The notes beneath the pieces were generated by a model. That model ran no database searches and had not been told where the DNA came from. It saw nothing but the letters and a program-made list of their open reading frames with translations. A DNA stretch of 64,000 bases from Podarcis muralis (Eukaryota): assembly GCF_964188315.1 (NCBI RefSeq), contig NC_135660.1, positions 64,666,001 to 64,730,000 of the forward strand, written 5' to 3'. Below, in pieces: positions 62,546-64,000 of the stretch (positions are counted from its first letter, which is position 1; every line of letters begins with the position of its first letter). The position numbers and the translations under genes are program-made.

Positions 62546-62743
62546 TGTGGTATCATATTGAGTGTCCTTTTTTGCACGTTAATGTTGCCATTTCATTAAA
62601 AATCTATCTCCCATCAGCCCCAGGCAACATGACCAATGACCAAGGGAGTTCTCCCCTCCTGAGCAGAGTAGTGAAGGAAGCAAAGGAATCCCGCACCTTT
62701 TACAATCATCCCTGATTACGCAGTTAAGAAGGCAGGAATTTCC
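62546..62743. promoter_or_regulatory. Candidate FAS intron-1 enhancer: kB-like, C/EBP/PAR-like and RUNX motifs
   Basis: AGGAATTTCC (62734-62743), GGGAGTTCTCC (62644-62654), GGAATCCC (62685-62692), ATTACGCAG (near 62715) and TGTGGT (62546-62551). Motif evidence only. Confidence 0.3.
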
Positions 62744-64000
62744 ATTCCGGCCTGTCCTTGTCACAATCAGTGCAGCTTCTGTGCCACTGCAGTTTAAATT
62801 CTGCCAGATACAGTGTTAGAAATCTAGTGCACCTGGCATGCTTCCATACCTCCCCCAAAACAAGATTTCCTGTTTCTGTTATCTCTTGAGCTTATCTGTA
62901 GCAAAACTACTACATAATGCTTACTACAATAATAAGAAACTGATAATAATATGCTGCATTGTACTAAGGTGAGTGAAACAACAGAATTTCTAATCTTCAT
63001 CATGTTCAGGGCAAATTCACACGATAGAGTCCAGCTGAGACTACCCTCCTTCAAATTGCTAAAGATGAGAAATTTGCATCTTTAAACGGTTCTTCAAGTG
63101 AAATGTGTCCATGTGTCTAGAAAGTTAGCATGACAGGAAGATCTAGAATCTTGTCCCTAATGCGCTACTTTAAAAGAAAAAGGGGGGGAAAGACAGGGAC
63201 TTTTTCTACAGAACAGAGCACATAAAAATACCATATCTAGCATGAGGTGGTGGTCCACAGGATGGAAAATTCTGTTATATTATTCTGTTACATGAATACA
63301 ATAACACTTAATGACTCATAGGTACTTTCTTACTGACTTGAGCTCAACGGCATATGCCCAGACTTGACAGTTACCACGTATCATCTCCCTCTTTCCTTCA
63401 AGTTTTCTTGGGACTTCCCTTTGATTAATTTGTAAAGTAAAATAACTCAGTCAACCATAGATATTAAAGTGCATCGTGCTAAGAGTGAGAGATTTGTTGC
63501 TTCTCTGAAATACATTTGTGAATAATACATTCAGGAAGAAAGCTGAAGTCCCGACCAGTTGACAACAATGACCAACTTCCTATTGACACAACTCAGCATT
63601 GCATTATAATAAACTAAGTATCCAAAGATTTCAACTTACCTAACCTAGTCGTTTGAGGGAAGGAAAAAACCACCATCATGTGCTGGTGATAGTTGCGTAG
63701 CCAGATAAGAAAAGGAATTTACTGTACAGGCTGCATCCAATAGTTTATGAATTAATGCTTTTAATTTGTGGTTTTTTTAAAAAGGCTTTAATAATCTTTA
63801 TTGAGGTGCAAGCTTCTCAAAGTACCTTCTTTTCCGCTACACAAGAGAAAAACAAACTGTTTCTTGGTCAGCTAACCACACTGTTCAAAACACTAAACCA
63901 AACCAATCATTTGGGATACTGTTTCAAACCTTGCCACTGCCTGACTACCGTTTCTCATGCAGCCTTCCTTCAGAACTGTTGGCAAAAACTCTCAAAACAA

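Noticed and set aside
62930-63700. Possible FAS exon 1 candidates (MQHIIISFLLL at about 62.95 kb; MMVVFSFPQ at about 63.66 kb)
   Set aside because: Their donors are phase 2 or 1 and create stops when joined to phase-0 exon 2. Exon 1 is probably outside the window.

Overview
Vertebrate genomic DNA, inferred to be a lacertid lizard (Podarcis-like) from its Sauria-SINE subfamilies, MIR/CORE-type SINEs and L2/CR1 fragments. The only protein-coding gene I can support is FAS (CD95/TNFRSF6) on the minus strand. Exons 2-9 lie at 62073-52282 and were assembled by hand with GT-AG boundaries and phases 0-1-1-2-1-1-0-1. They give 948 nt, i.e. 315 codons plus stop. Exon 1 (signal peptide) lies beyond the right edge of the window. 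The remaining ~52 kb downstream of FAS is a gene-free, TE-rich interval: solo LTRs with TSDs, hAT and pogo/Tigger-type MITEs, SINEs, L2/CR1 remnants, a decayed Ty1/Copia fragment, microsatellites and one N gap. The most interesting signals cluster in FAS introns 7-8, around the decision whether the death-domain (DD) exon is included. (1) A solo LTR ends 23 nt from the exon 9 acceptor and appears to supply its branch point. (2) Two sense-oriented LTR AATAAA signals sit in intron 8. (3) Exon 8 has three competing AG acceptors, and the best YAG gives an immediate stop. (4) Four Sauria SINEs in alternating orientation flank exon 8. Separately, a near-perfect 74-bp-arm hairpin lies just downstream of a solo LTR at 37.2 kb. 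All of these functional interpretations are inferences and need RNA data.
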